64,000 nt of DNA from an uncultured Actinomycetota bacterium (lineage in GTDB: Bacteria; Actinomycetota; Actinomycetes; Actinomycetales; Demequinaceae): positions 237,347 through 301,346 of the forward strand of contig CAWHLX010000006.1 in the NCBI GenBank assembly GCA_963830335.1, in the 5' to 3' direction. Below the pieces are notes generated by a model that was given only the letters and a program-made list of their open reading frames with translations, did not search any database and was not told the origin of the DNA. Positions 18,593-27,866 of this stretch are shown here, one piece after another (position 1 is the first letter of the stretch; each line of letters starts with the position of its first letter). Both the position numbers and the translations under genes were made by a program.

Positions 18593-20586
18593 CCCCGGCC
18601 GCGCGCCCTAGCCCCGACTGCGGGCGCTTCCTCGGCCGCGATCCCGTCCGCGCCCTCCCGCTCTCGGTCGCGTCGCTCCGCGACCCGGAAGGCGAACCAA
18701 ATGGACATTGCCACGATGGCGAAGGCGACCAGTCCCGCGAGCAGCGCGAAGAAGTTGCCCCGCGATTCGCGGAAGTTGCCGCTGATGGGCACGACGAGCA
18801 CGAGGAAGGTCACGAGCGCAACGGCGTAGACGCCCGCCCAAACCTTGCGCGACCACTCGAAGAGCGGGCGGCCCTCGAGGAAGGTCATCGGCAGGAGGCC
18901 CACGACCAGCGCGACGAAGGACTCGAGGGTCCCCGCGGCGAACACCTCGCGGAACAATTCGACCCAGAAGCCGGCCTCCTCGTGCGCCGGACCCGTCGCG
19001 AGCGCGTTGAACGCGAACCACGAGATGAGGCCGACGGAGAAGAAGGTCGCGGCACCGACCAAGGCGAGTTCCGCCTCGTCCCTGTGGCGCAGGGAACGCG
19101 CGTACGTCACTCCCATTACCAACCCGATCACGAAGCCGGGGTGGAAGTGCGCGAGCCGCGAGGCGATCACGCCAACGACCATGAACAGCAGCGCGAACGG
19201 CATCGTAGTGAAGCGTGCGACCGTGTGGAACCGTCGCGCGGCAAAGAGCCGCACCACGGTGTTCATGGTCACGACGACCCAGAGAATCGAGAGGAACATG
19301 GCGAGGAGCAGGCGCGCCGAGCTGCCGTGCAAGCCGAAGTTCGGATCGGCAAAGGACAGAATCGCGGCGCCGACGCCCGCGGTCGCGAGGACCTGAACCC
19401 AGTCGGAGCCCAGCACGGGGAACCTCGCCGTGACCGCCCGTCCGACGCTCCGGAACCAGCGGGCGACCGCGCGGAACGAGCGGGGAATCGCCGCCGCGTC
19501 GGCCGTCAGCCGGGGAGCGGCGCGCCGGGCCCGCGCTCCCGCGGCGGCGAACATCCGGCGAATGCGTCGGTCGTTGTTCACGAAGGTGAGGCGCAGGATC
19601 TCGGCAGGGAAGGCGAACAGGAGCACAATCGCCGCGGCGATGCCCCCGATGACGCCCGCGCTCGAGCCGGTGAGGTGGATGTCGGCGGCCGTCTTGAGCG
19701 AGGTGCCGAAGACTGTCGGGTCGGCCAGGCCTGGTCCAGGCTCTGGTGCGACGGCAGCGGGGGCGGGCGCGCCGACGTCGGGGGGCGTTCCTGGGTCGAA
19801 CGCCCCGAGAACGACCTGCTGCAGGGTGTTCGCGGCGACGGGAAGGGTCAGCGATTCCTGCCCGGGCGATCCCGCGGGCGGGTAGACGGTAACGACGATG
19901 GTGTGCGCGCCGGGAGTCAGGTCCGAGGGAATGACCGTGGTCAGAGTGAACGTGCCGTCCGCCCCGACGACCGACCACCCCAGCAGGCGCACCGCCGAGT
20001 GGATCTCCACCTTCACGTTGCTCCCGGGCGGCAGGTCGCTACCCGTGACCGTGATTTGCTCGCCCAGCGAGAGATCGCCCCCTGACGCACCGCCGCCGGT
20101 GGCGCCGCCGCCCGAAGTGCCGCCGTCGGAGCCCTGCACCTCGAACGTGAACGACAAGGGCGGCTCGGTGGTCGTCGTGGACTTCGTGCGCGTGGTGGTC
20201 GTGGTGGTGCGGCCGGTCGTGGTGGTGCGGCCGGTCGTGGTCGTCGTTGTCGTGGTCGTCGAAGTCGTCGTCGTGGTCGCGGAGGGCGAGGGGGGCGGAG
20301 GCACCGCGTCGTCGTCATCGTCTCCTGACCCGTCGTGGTCGCCATCGGACTCGTCATGGTGATTACCGGTGGAGGCACCGGAGGGGTGTGGGTCCGTGTG
20401 GGGCGCGTCCGTGTGGGGCGCGTCCGTGTGGGTAGGAGACCCCGCGTCGCTCTCGTGTTGCTGCTGATCGGCCCCCGACCACGACGGATCGTCGTGCGCG
20501 TGGAGGCCCGAGGCCCCCGTCAGCGCGAAGACGCCAAGGGTGAAGAAGCCGAAAATCACGAAGGCGCGCGCCTTCGACTCGCCCAT
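18589..20586 (-). CDS. large multidomain membrane protein: signal/TM, His- and Asp-rich segment, poly-Thr linker, Ig-like domain, polytopic C-terminal domain
   Basis: I chose the start at ATG 20586 (MGESKARAFVIFGFFTLGVFALTGA). Features in order: DAPHTDAPHTDPHP...HHDESDGDHDGSGDDDDD; a run of about 40 Thr-rich residues; GEQITVTGSDLPPGSNVKVEIHS...TIVVTVYP; then about 8-10 TM helices including a VGLLPMTFLEG motif. Confidence 0.75.
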   Translation of the reverse strand: MGESKARAFVIFGFFTLGVFALTGASGLHAHDDPSWSGADQQQHESDAGSPTHTDAPHTDAPHTDPHPSGASTGNHHDESDGDHDGSGDDDDDAVPPPPSPSATTTTTSTTTTTTTTTGRTTTTGRTTTTTTRTKSTTTTEPPLSFTFEVQGSDGGTSGGGATGGGASGGDLSLGEQITVTGSDLPPGSNVKVEIHSAVRLLGWSVVGADGTFTLTTVIPSDLTPGAHTIVVTVYPPAGSPGQESLTLPVAANTLQQVVLGAFDPGTPPDVGAPAPAAVAPEPGPGLADPTVFGTSLKTAADIHLTGSSAGVIGGIAAAIVLLFAFPAEILRLTFVNNDRRIRRMFAAAGARARRAAPRLTADAAAIPRSFRAVARWFRSVGRAVTARFPVLGSDWVQVLATAGVGAAILSFADPNFGLHGSSARLLLAMFLSILWVVVTMNTVVRLFAARRFHTVARFTTMPFALLFMVVGVIASRLAHFHPGFVIGLVMGVTYARSLRHRDEAELALVGAATFFSVGLISWFAFNALATGPAHEEAGFWVELFREVFAAGTLESFVALVVGLLPMTFLEGRPLFEWSRKVWAGVYAVALVTFLVLVVPISGNFRESRGNFFALLAGLVAFAIVAMSIWFAFRVAERRDREREGADGIAAEEAPAVGARARGRG

Positions 20587-20682
20587 AGTCCCCACGGTGT
20601 GCCCTCCGTGACGTTGGGGCCGGCGTGCGCGCGCGGTACGCCTCCGCGAGCGCAGCGATCCGGCCTTACCACGCACGCTACA

Positions 20683-20698
20683 TGTGACATATGTCACA
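20683..20698. promoter_or_regulatory. perfect CRP/GlxR-family consensus site TGTGA-N6-TCACA, inside a 20-bp perfect palindrome (20681-20700)
   Basis: CATGTGACATATGTCACATG is its own reverse complement. The core matches TGTGA-N6-TCACA exactly. It lies about 100 nt upstream of the 20586 start codon, in the nnr/membrane-protein intergenic region. Confidence 0.55.
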
Positions 20699-20803
20699 TG
20701 CATAGAGGCGATGTTCAGGAGGCAGATCGACGGATGCCGTGCGCCCCGCGGGTCCATGGTGCGACCCCGCGCGGGTGGGCATTGTCACGGCCCGACCCTC
20801 GGG

Positions 20804-22412
20804 TCACTGCGCGCGGCCGCCGCTCGACAGGACGTCCCCGATGGCCCCGCCGAGCGCCGCGACGATCGCGGAGAGGGCCGTGGTGATGTCGAGCGCCGCG
20901 ATCGGTCCGCCGCCCGAGGCGAGCCGAGCCGCGCGCCCGTGCATCGAGGCCGCGACCGCTCCCGCCTCGTCGGCGGGAAGGCCCGCCGCGAGAAGCGACC
21001 CCGCGATGCCCGCCAGCACGTCTCCCGCGCCAGCCGTGGCGAGCCACGCCGGACCGTCCGCCTGGCTCCAGAGTGCCCCCGCGGGGCTGGCCACGAGGGT
21101 TACGGCCCCCTTGAGGAGCACGGTGGCGCGCGTCGCCTCGGCGAGGGCGCGAGCGCCGGCCGCGGGATCGCGAGAGAGGTCATCCGCGGAGATCTCACTC
21201 CCCATTCCCGCGAGGGCCCGTGCGAGCTCGCCGGCATGGGGCGTGAGGAGGAGGCCCCCGGCACCGGGCCCCTCAGGCCCGCGCGTCCGCGCCAGGACCA
21301 CCGGCATGATCCCTCCGGCGTCTACGACGCACGGAACCCCGCTCGCAACGGCGGCCAGAATCGCCGCCTCCTGATCGGGGTCGTCCGCCACGCCGGGTCC
21401 CAGCACCCACGCGTCGACGCGCGGCAGGGGCAGGGAGGGGTCGGTGGCAACGACCTCGGGTCGGGCTGCGAGGACCAAGTCCTGGGCGCGTCGGGGGCCG
21501 ACGAATCGCACGAGCCCCGCCCCCGATCGGATCGCCGCCGTGCACGCGAGGATCGCGGCGCCGGGGTAGGCGTCCGACCCTGCGACGATGCCCACGACCC
21601 CGCGCGAGTACTTGTTGTCGCTCGCCTCGGGGACGGGCCAGCGCGCGGCGATCCCGGTGTCCGTCAGCCTCACGGACGCCCCGGGGCTGCGCGGGGGAAC
21701 CGGAACGCCGACGTCGGCGAAGATGACCCGGCCTGCGGCGAGGGCCGCTGGGGGGAGGAGGACGCACGTGGTCGGTGCGGTGAACGAGACGGTCGCGTGG
21801 GCCGTCACGTGCGTAGCCGTTGTCGAATCGGCCGAGCGCGAGTCCGTCAAACCCGAGTCCGCGTCCAGCCCGCTCGGAAGGTCAACGGCGAGGACGGTCG
21901 CGGACGCGGGGATCGCAGCCACGAGCGAGGCGGCGGGCTCCCGAAGCCCGGCGCTCGCGCCGAGGCCAACGATCCCGTCGACGACGAGGTTGGCATCCGC
22001 GAGGAGCTCGGCCGCGGAAGAGGAGTCCGCTCCGGAAGCCGCGGTGCCGGAGCCTCGGTCCGAGACTTCCGGCGCGGGAGATCACCGTCCCGCCTGCCTC
22101 GCGCAGCGCCGCGAGTCCTCGGGTGTGCGCGGCGTCGCCGACCTGGATCGCCGTGACGGTAGCCCCGGCCGCGGCCATCAGAGCGCCCGCGAGCAGCGCG
22201 TCGCCGCCGTTGTTTCCCGTCCCGACCAGCAGTACCGCCCGGGTTCCCGCCGCATCGATGTTGCGCTCGGCGAGCAGGCCTGCGGCCGCGTCCGCCACGG
22301 CCGCCGCCGCGCGATCCATCAGGGCCGCCTCGCCCTCCCGTGCGAGCGGCTCGGCCTCGGCGGCGCGGATATCTCCGGCCTTGGCAGCCCAGCGAACCTC
22401 GGGCGAATTCAT
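20804..22412 (-). pseudogene. nnr: bifunctional NAD(P)H-hydrate repair enzyme Nnr (epimerase + ADP-dependent dehydratase), frame broken by one extra base near 22076-22078
   Basis: The N-terminal YjeF_N part (LLVGTGNNGGDALLAGA) is in one frame. The remainder (LVVDGIVGLGA...AVDLPSGLDADSG...dehydratase domain GAGDVLAG) is in the -1 frame. Removing one base of the run restores TVISAPEVSD. Confidence 0.8.
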
Positions 22413-22434
22413 GCCCCTAGGTTTGCACATCCGC

Positions 22435-22942
22435 CTAGGGAAGCGTCACCTCGTAGATCGCGGTGTCCATCCATTCCCCGCCAACCTGCTTGTCGCGGGG
22501 GAGGATTTCCACCAAGCGCATCCCTAGCTTCTCCATGACCCGCGCCGAGGCGGCGTTCTCCGGGCGGCACCGCGCGACGATCGTGTGGACATCGCCGCGC
22601 CCGGCGACGACGTCGAAGATGGCGCGCATCGCCTCCGTCGCGTAACCCCTTCCCCACAGGTCGCGGCGCAGCCCCCAACCCATCTCCCAACGGCCCTCGG
22701 CGACGGGCCACGCGCCGACCCCCCCGACGACGGCGTCGTCGCCCCTGAGGGTAATTCCCAGTTGGATCCTCGGCGGGATCGGGCGAACGGCCGTCTGGAG
22801 GAAGCGCAGGGTGTCCTCCCACGTGTTCGGCCCGTACTCCGTGTAGCGGGACACCTCGGGATCGGCGCCGTAGCGATGAATCGCCGTCCGCGTCCGCGAC
22901 CCGGTAGGGCCTGAGGAGGAGCCGCTCCGTCTCGATGATCAT
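22435..22942 (-). pseudogene. GNAT family N-acetyltransferase (RimJ/RimL-like), copy 1, +1 frameshift near 22888
   Basis: About 75% aa identity to the adjacent copy. The N-terminal [18 protein letters not shown] is in one frame and the rest, from ...IHRYGADPEVSRYTEYGPNTW, is in another. One extra G explains the break. Confidence 0.75.
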
Positions 22943-22952
22943 GGGGCGAGGA

Positions 22953-23471
22953 TCATGGGGCGGAGGGCGCGACGGGGACCTCGTAGACTTTCGAGTCCAC
23001 CCATTCCCCGCGCACCTCCTGCTCTCGCGGGATGAGTTCCACGTAGCGCATCCCCAGCTTCTCCATCACCCGCGCCGAGGCGGCGTTCTCCGGGCGGCAC
23101 CGGGCGAAGATCGTGTGGACGTCGCCGCGCTCGACAACCGCGTCAAACAGGGCCCGCGTCGCCTCCGTCGCGTACCCCAGGCCCCAGACGTCGCGCCGCA
23201 ACACCCAGCCCATCTCCCAGCGTCCCTCGGCGACGGGCCAGGCCCCCAAGCCCCCGACGACCGTGTCGTCGCCCCTGAGGGTGATGGCGAGTTCGATCTT
23301 GGGCGGAATGGGGTGAATCGCGGACTGAAGGAAACCCAGGGTGTCGTCCCACGTGTTGGGCCCGAAGTCCGTGTAGCGGCACACCTCGGGATCCGAGCCG
23401 TAGCGGTGGACCGCCGTCGCGTCCGAGACCCGATAGGGCCTGAGGATGAGCCGCTCCGTCTCGAGGATCAC
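22953..23471 (-). CDS. GNAT family N-acetyltransferase (RimJ/RimL-like), copy 2, intact
   Basis: [13 protein letters not shown]...[20 protein letters not shown]...[13 protein letters not shown] is a typical GNAT core. Confidence 0.85.
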   Translation of the reverse strand: MILETERLILRPYRVSDATAVHRYGSDPEVCRYTDFGPNTWDDTLGFLQSAIHPIPPKIELAITLRGDDTVVGGLGAWPVAEGRWEMGWVLRRDVWGLGYATEATRALFDAVVERGDVHTIFARCRPENAASARVMEKLGMRYVELIPREQEVRGEWVDSKVYEVPVAPSAP

Positions 23472-23504
23472 CGGACCATCGTAGGGTCATGGAAGAATAC
23501 GCGC

Positions 23505-24005
23505 ATGGCGATGAGAGCGATCCGCGTGACCGGCGACCCCGTCTTGAGGACGCCGTGCGAGCCCATCACGGAGATCAACGACTCCGTGCGGCTGCTCGTC
23601 GCCGACCTCCTGGAGACCGTCGACGCGGAGGGGCGCGCCGGGCTCTCGGCGAACCAGATCGGGGTGAGTCTTCGCGCATTCGCGTGGAACATCGACGGGG
23701 ACCTCGGCTACATGCTCAACCCCGTCGTGACGAAGTCGAGCGAGGAGATGCAGGAGCTCGGGGAGGAGGGTTGCCTCAGCGTCCCCGGACTGTGGTTCGA
23801 GTGCGACCGCCCCGCGTTCGCGCGCTGCGAGGGCACGGACCTCGCGGGTGAGCCGGTCGCGATCGAGGGCGAGGGCATCTGGGCCCGGCTGATCCATCAC
23901 GAGACGGATCATCTGGACGGCAAGCTCTTCATCGACCGTCTCGCCAAGGACGTCCGCAAGCGCGCGCTGCGCCAGATTCGCGAGGAGATTGAGCAGTCCG
24001 TCTAG
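23505..24005 (+). CDS. def: peptide deformylase
   Basis: Has the motifs [16 protein letters not shown] and HETDHLDG. The start is the ATG at 23505 inside the longer 22935..24005 ORF. Confidence 0.92.
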   Translation: MAMRAIRVTGDPVLRTPCEPITEINDSVRLLVADLLETVDAEGRAGLSANQIGVSLRAFAWNIDGDLGYMLNPVVTKSSEEMQELGEEGCLSVPGLWFECDRPAFARCEGTDLAGEPVAIEGEGIWARLIHHETDHLDGKLFIDRLAKDVRKRALRQIREEIEQSV

Positions 24006-24027
24006 CCTTCGAGGAAACGCCGAAGGC
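24005..24027 (+). terminator. weak hairpin after def (7-bp stem GCCTTCG/CGAAGGC)
   Basis: Inverted repeat seen directly in the sequence. No U-tract follows. Confidence 0.3.
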
Positions 24028-24146
24028 GTATCACACTGGCGTAATTCGCCCACCTAGGGCACCATAGAAGTGCACACACCGTGCACGGCGCCGCCGTTCC
24101 TGTTCAGGTCGTTGGGGAAGACGTACCTAGACAGGAAGGAAGGGTC

Positions 24147-24644
24147 ATGGCTGCCATTGCCCGCGGTGTACTTTTCGTGCACTCCGCCACCCGTGCCATG
24201 TGCCCACACATCGAGTGGGCCGCAACCAACGTCGTCGGATCTCGCGCGTCGTTTGACTGGACGGAACAGCCCGCCGGGCCGAACCTGCTCCGCTGCGAGG
24301 TCTCGTGGCAGGGCGTCCAGGGAACGGGCGCCCGCCTGGCCTCCGCGCTGCGGGGCTGGGAGCACGTGCGCTACGAGGTGACGGAGGAGCCGTCGTACGG
24401 CTGCGACGGTGGCCGATGGAGCCACACGCCGAGCCTCGGGATCTTCCACGCCATGACGGACGTCGCGGGAAACATCGCCGTTCCCGAGGATCGCATCAGG
24501 GCAGCAATCGACGCGGGCGGAAACGCCGCGGACCTCAAGCGGGCCATGGACCTGGCCCTCGGATCGGCGTGGGACGAGGAGTTGGAGCCGTTCCGGTACG
24601 CCGGACACGGCGCGCCCGTTCGCTGGCTACACAGGGTCGGCTAG
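24147..24644 (+). CDS. DUF3145 domain-containing protein
   Basis: GVLFVHSATRAMCPHIEWAATNVVG...WTEQPA matches the conserved actinobacterial DUF3145 pattern. RBS GGAAGGAAGGG precedes the ATG at 24147. Confidence 0.75.
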   Translation: MAAIARGVLFVHSATRAMCPHIEWAATNVVGSRASFDWTEQPAGPNLLRCEVSWQGVQGTGARLASALRGWEHVRYEVTEEPSYGCDGGRWSHTPSLGIFHAMTDVAGNIAVPEDRIRAAIDAGGNAADLKRAMDLALGSAWDEELEPFRYAGHGAPVRWLHRVG

Positions 24645-24646
24645 GC

Positions 24647-24997
24647 GTGCTCGCCGAGATCCAGCCGGGGCTCGCGACGCCGATCGCGGGTATCCGCTGG
24701 CTGACCGAGGTGGAGTGGGCCGAGCCCTACACCGGCCCGATTCCCTTGCTCGTCGAGACGGGAGCCCTGCCACTGGTTCGCGCACCGGAGTCCGCGGTGT
24801 TTGAGTCCGCGTTTCTCGAGTCCGCCGCACTTGAGCCCGCGGCGCACGACGTTCCCTCCGGCCCCGTCGGTTCCATCTGGGACGCGCTCGACGAGACCCA
24901 GGGGCTTCCGATCCTCAGCCGCGCCGCCCTCTGGCGCCGCGACGCGGTGGAGCGCCGAACCGCGCTGGGCGACGAGCGGGGCGCGATTTCGGCCTAG
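24647..24997 (+). CDS. hypothetical protein (116 aa)
   Basis: A GTG start 3 nt after the DUF3145 stop. GC3 is very high across the ORF. No motif recognised. Confidence 0.4.
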   Translation: MLAEIQPGLATPIAGIRWLTEVEWAEPYTGPIPLLVETGALPLVRAPESAVFESAFLESAALEPAAHDVPSGPVGSIWDALDETQGLPILSRAALWRRDAVERRTALGDERGAISA

Positions 24998-25077
24998 GGG
25001 AGTCCCCGAGGGCATCCCCGAAGGACCAGGGGACTACCCGATAGACGGTCCCGATCGGCCGAGCCTACGCTCGCGGC

Positions 25078-26190
25078 ATGGCCAGAATCGCTCGCCGTCG
25101 TTCGGTCCTTGTCTTGGCATCTACCGCCTTCCTGGCGCTGACGGCATGCTCGTCGGGAACGAGCGATCCTTCCCCGTGGCTGACCCAGGGCGACACGCCG
25201 CAGGAACAGTCGAGCGCCCTCATGAGAACGGTCCTCGATCCCGGCCTCCCCGGATGCTCGGCCGCCGTCGCGCGCCGCGGAGCCACCGTATGGGCGGGAG
25301 CGGTCGGTTCGGCACAGATGTCGTCGGGCACGTCCCTCACGCCGGGGAGCGCGTTCGACTGGGCCTCCGACTCCAAGCACGTCACCGGGATGGCGATCCT
25401 GGCCCTGGTCGCCGACGGGAAGGTCTCCCTCGACGCGCCCGTCCTGACCTACCTCCCGGACGCCGGGCCATGGGCCTCCACCACGACGGTCGAGCAGCTC
25501 CTCCACCACACGTCCGGGCTCCCGGACTACGTCACCGTGCTCGAAGACCAGGGCATTGCGGTCGCCGACCCGGTGACCCAGGCTCAGGCCCTCGCCACCC
25601 TCGCCGACACGAAGGCGGCTACGCCCCTCCCACAACCATGGGCGTACTCGAACTCGAACTACATCGCGCTCGCCAGCATCGTCGAGGCCGTCTCGGGGGA
25701 GCCGTTCGCCGACTTCGTTGAGCAGCGCCTCTTCGCGCCGATGAACTCCAGCCTCGTGGTCGATCCCCTCGCGGCCTACCCCGCGATCACCGTGCGGTAC
25801 CACGAGCGGACGGCTACCTCACCCGCGCTCTCCGTCGGCTGGGACGTGGTCGGAGACGGAGCCGTCATGGGTACGCCCACGGCGATGGCCGAGTGGTTCG
25901 ACGTCATGCGGACGGGCCTTCCGGACGACCCTTCCATCGCGGAAGCCATGGTGGCCGGGGCGGTCGACGTTCCGGGTCAACCCGGCATCACGTACGGTGC
26001 CGGCGTCTTCGTCGCGCCGGACCGCTTCGTGTGGCACACGGGAGGGTGGGAGGGCGACGACTCGTACCTAGCGATCAGCGCCGACCGCTCGACGACGCTT
26101 GCCATCGCCTGCAACTTCGACGCACCCGGCAAGGAGATTCCGACGGTCATCCAGGGGTTTGCGGAGATCTGGTTCGGTCCCGTCAAGTAG
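25078..26190 (+). CDS. serine hydrolase / beta-lactamase-family lipoprotein
   Basis: Signal peptide with lipobox LALTAC, and a SxxK motif (SDSK) in the expected N-terminal position. Confidence 0.8.
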   Translation: MARIARRRSVLVLASTAFLALTACSSGTSDPSPWLTQGDTPQEQSSALMRTVLDPGLPGCSAAVARRGATVWAGAVGSAQMSSGTSLTPGSAFDWASDSKHVTGMAILALVADGKVSLDAPVLTYLPDAGPWASTTTVEQLLHHTSGLPDYVTVLEDQGIAVADPVTQAQALATLADTKAATPLPQPWAYSNSNYIALASIVEAVSGEPFADFVEQRLFAPMNSSLVVDPLAAYPAITVRYHERTATSPALSVGWDVVGDGAVMGTPTAMAEWFDVMRTGLPDDPSIAEAMVAGAVDVPGQPGITYGAGVFVAPDRFVWHTGGWEGDDSYLAISADRSTTLAIACNFDAPGKEIPTVIQGFAEIWFGPVK

Positions 26191-26269
26191 CGCGTCGCCG
26201 GCGCGCTGATGCACAAACACGCGACCGGCGTACGGGTGTGCCGCCGCAGCAGGCGCTCACCGGGCCGCG

Positions 26270-27505
26270 CTAGGCGTTGGTGAACGCCAGCGCGCAGTTG
26301 TGCCCGCCGAATCCGAACGAGTTGTTGATCCCCACGACGTCTCCCGAGGGCATAGCGCGCGGGATGTCGCACACGAGGTCCACCTGGAGCTCGGGATCGG
26401 GCTGCGTGACATTGATCGTTGGGGGAGCCTTGCGATCCTGAATGGCCTTGATGACGAGAATCGACTCGACCGCACCCGCGCCGCCCAGAAGGTGACCCAT
26501 CATGGACTTGGTGGCGCTGAGGAGCGTGCGGTCAGCGTGCGTGCCAAGAAGCGCCCGGATGGCGCGAGCCTCGATCATGTCGCCCACGACCGTCGCCGTC
26601 GCGTGGGCATTGATGTGGGCGACGTCCTTGGTGGAGAGGCCGCCGGCTTCGAGCGCGAGCTGCATGGCTCTCGCCTGCCCCCGGCCGTTGGGCTCGGGTG
26701 CGGCGATGTGGTAGGCGTCGGAGGTCAGTCCCACCCCCGAGAGGTAGGCGTAGATCCGCGCCCCGCGAGCCTTGGCATACTCCTCCGATTCGAGCACGAT
26801 GATGCCCGAGCCCTCGCCCATAACGAATCCGTCGCGGGTGACGTCGTACGGGCGCGAGGCCCCAGCGGGATCATCGTTCCTGCGAGAGAGCGCCTGCATG
26901 GCGTCGAAGGACGCGAGGGTGACGGGGTGGGTCGCCGCCTCGGTCCCTCCCGCGACGACGACGTCCGCGCGGCCGTCCACGATCATCCGGTAGGCCGTCG
27001 CGATCGCCTCGGCGCCGGACGCACATGCCGAAACGGGGGCGTGGGCGCCGGCCCGCGCGCCGACCTCCAGCTCCACGTAAGCGGCGGGAGAGTTCGGCAT
27101 GAGCATGGGAACCGTCAAGGGGAGGACGCGAGACGCGCCCTTCTCCTTGAGGGTGTCCCACGCGTTGAGGAGCGTCCACACGCCGCCGATGCCCGAGGAG
27201 ACCGCGGCGCCAAGGCGATCGGGATCAACCTCGGGCGAGCCTGCGTCGGCCCACGCCTCGCGCGTCGCAATGATTGCCATCTGGGCCGACGGGTCCATGC
27301 GCTTCGTCTCGGGCCGCGTCAGGACCTCCTCCGGCTTGACGACAGTCTGACCCGCGAATCCCACTCTGAGGCCGTACCTCTCGACCCAGTCGTTATCCAG
27401 CGTCCGGACGCCCGAGCGGCCTTCGAGCGCGGCCTCCCAGGTCGACGGAACGTCTCCGCCCAGGGGCGTGGTCATTCCCAGTCCGGTAATGGCGACCTTG
27501 GTCAT
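26270..27505 (-). CDS. fabF: beta-ketoacyl-ACP synthase II
   Basis: KAS I/II fold with active-site Cys context PVSACASG and the C-terminal NSFGFGGHN. Confidence 0.93.
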   Translation of the reverse strand: MTKVAITGLGMTTPLGGDVPSTWEAALEGRSGVRTLDNDWVERYGLRVGFAGQTVVKPEEVLTRPETKRMDPSAQMAIIATREAWADAGSPEVDPDRLGAAVSSGIGGVWTLLNAWDTLKEKGASRVLPLTVPMLMPNSPAAYVELEVGARAGAHAPVSACASGAEAIATAYRMIVDGRADVVVAGGTEAATHPVTLASFDAMQALSRRNDDPAGASRPYDVTRDGFVMGEGSGIIVLESEEYAKARGARIYAYLSGVGLTSDAYHIAAPEPNGRGQARAMQLALEAGGLSTKDVAHINAHATATVVGDMIEARAIRALLGTHADRTLLSATKSMMGHLLGGAGAVESILVIKAIQDRKAPPTINVTQPDPELQVDLVCDIPRAMPSGDVVGINNSFGFGGHNCALAFTNA

Positions 27506-27557
27506 GGCTCCTCCGAGCGTTGCGGGTGGATGAGTGGTGCGTTGCGCCGAACCGTGG

Positions 27558-27806
27558 TTAGGCCTGCGCCCCGGTGATGTACTTGACGGCGTCGCCGACG
27601 GTGACGAGGTTCTTGACGTCCTCGTCGGGAATGCGGACGTCGAACTTCTCTTCGGCGAGCGTGACGATGGTCATCATCGACAGCGAGTCGATGTCGAGGT
27701 CGTCGGTGAAAGACTTGTCGCCGACCACGTCGGCGGCGTCGACGCCGGTCTCTTCTGCGACGATCTCTGCGAGGCCCGCGAGGACCTCCTTCTCGGACAA
27801 TGCCAT
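27558..27806 (-). CDS. acpP: acyl carrier protein
   Basis: Phosphopantetheine site DLDIDSLS. The start at ATG 27806 has RBS AAGGAGAAAG; the ORF-track start at 27863 is less likely. Confidence 0.92.
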   Translation of the reverse strand: MALSEKEVLAGLAEIVAEETGVDAADVVGDKSFTDDLDIDSLSMMTIVTLAEEKFDVRIPDEDVKNLVTVGDAVKYITGAQA

Positions 27807-27866
27807 GGCTTTCTCCTTGGGGTTGGGTGATGCGAGAGCATCGGTTCTGGATAGAACACTCATAGG

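Noticed and set aside
20681-20700. The 20-bp palindrome considered as an intrinsic terminator of nnr or as a metal-regulator (Zur/ArsR-type) operator
   Set aside because: As a hairpin it would have essentially no loop and no U-tract. It does not match the Zur, IdeR or CsoR boxes I remember, whereas it matches TGTGA-N6-TCACA exactly. The CRP-family interpretation is therefore preferred.
22935-24005. A 356-aa + strand ORF covering the GNAT copy 2 region and def
   Set aside because: Only the last 166 codons (from ATG 23505) carry deformylase motifs. The upstream part is antisense to the well-supported GNAT gene.
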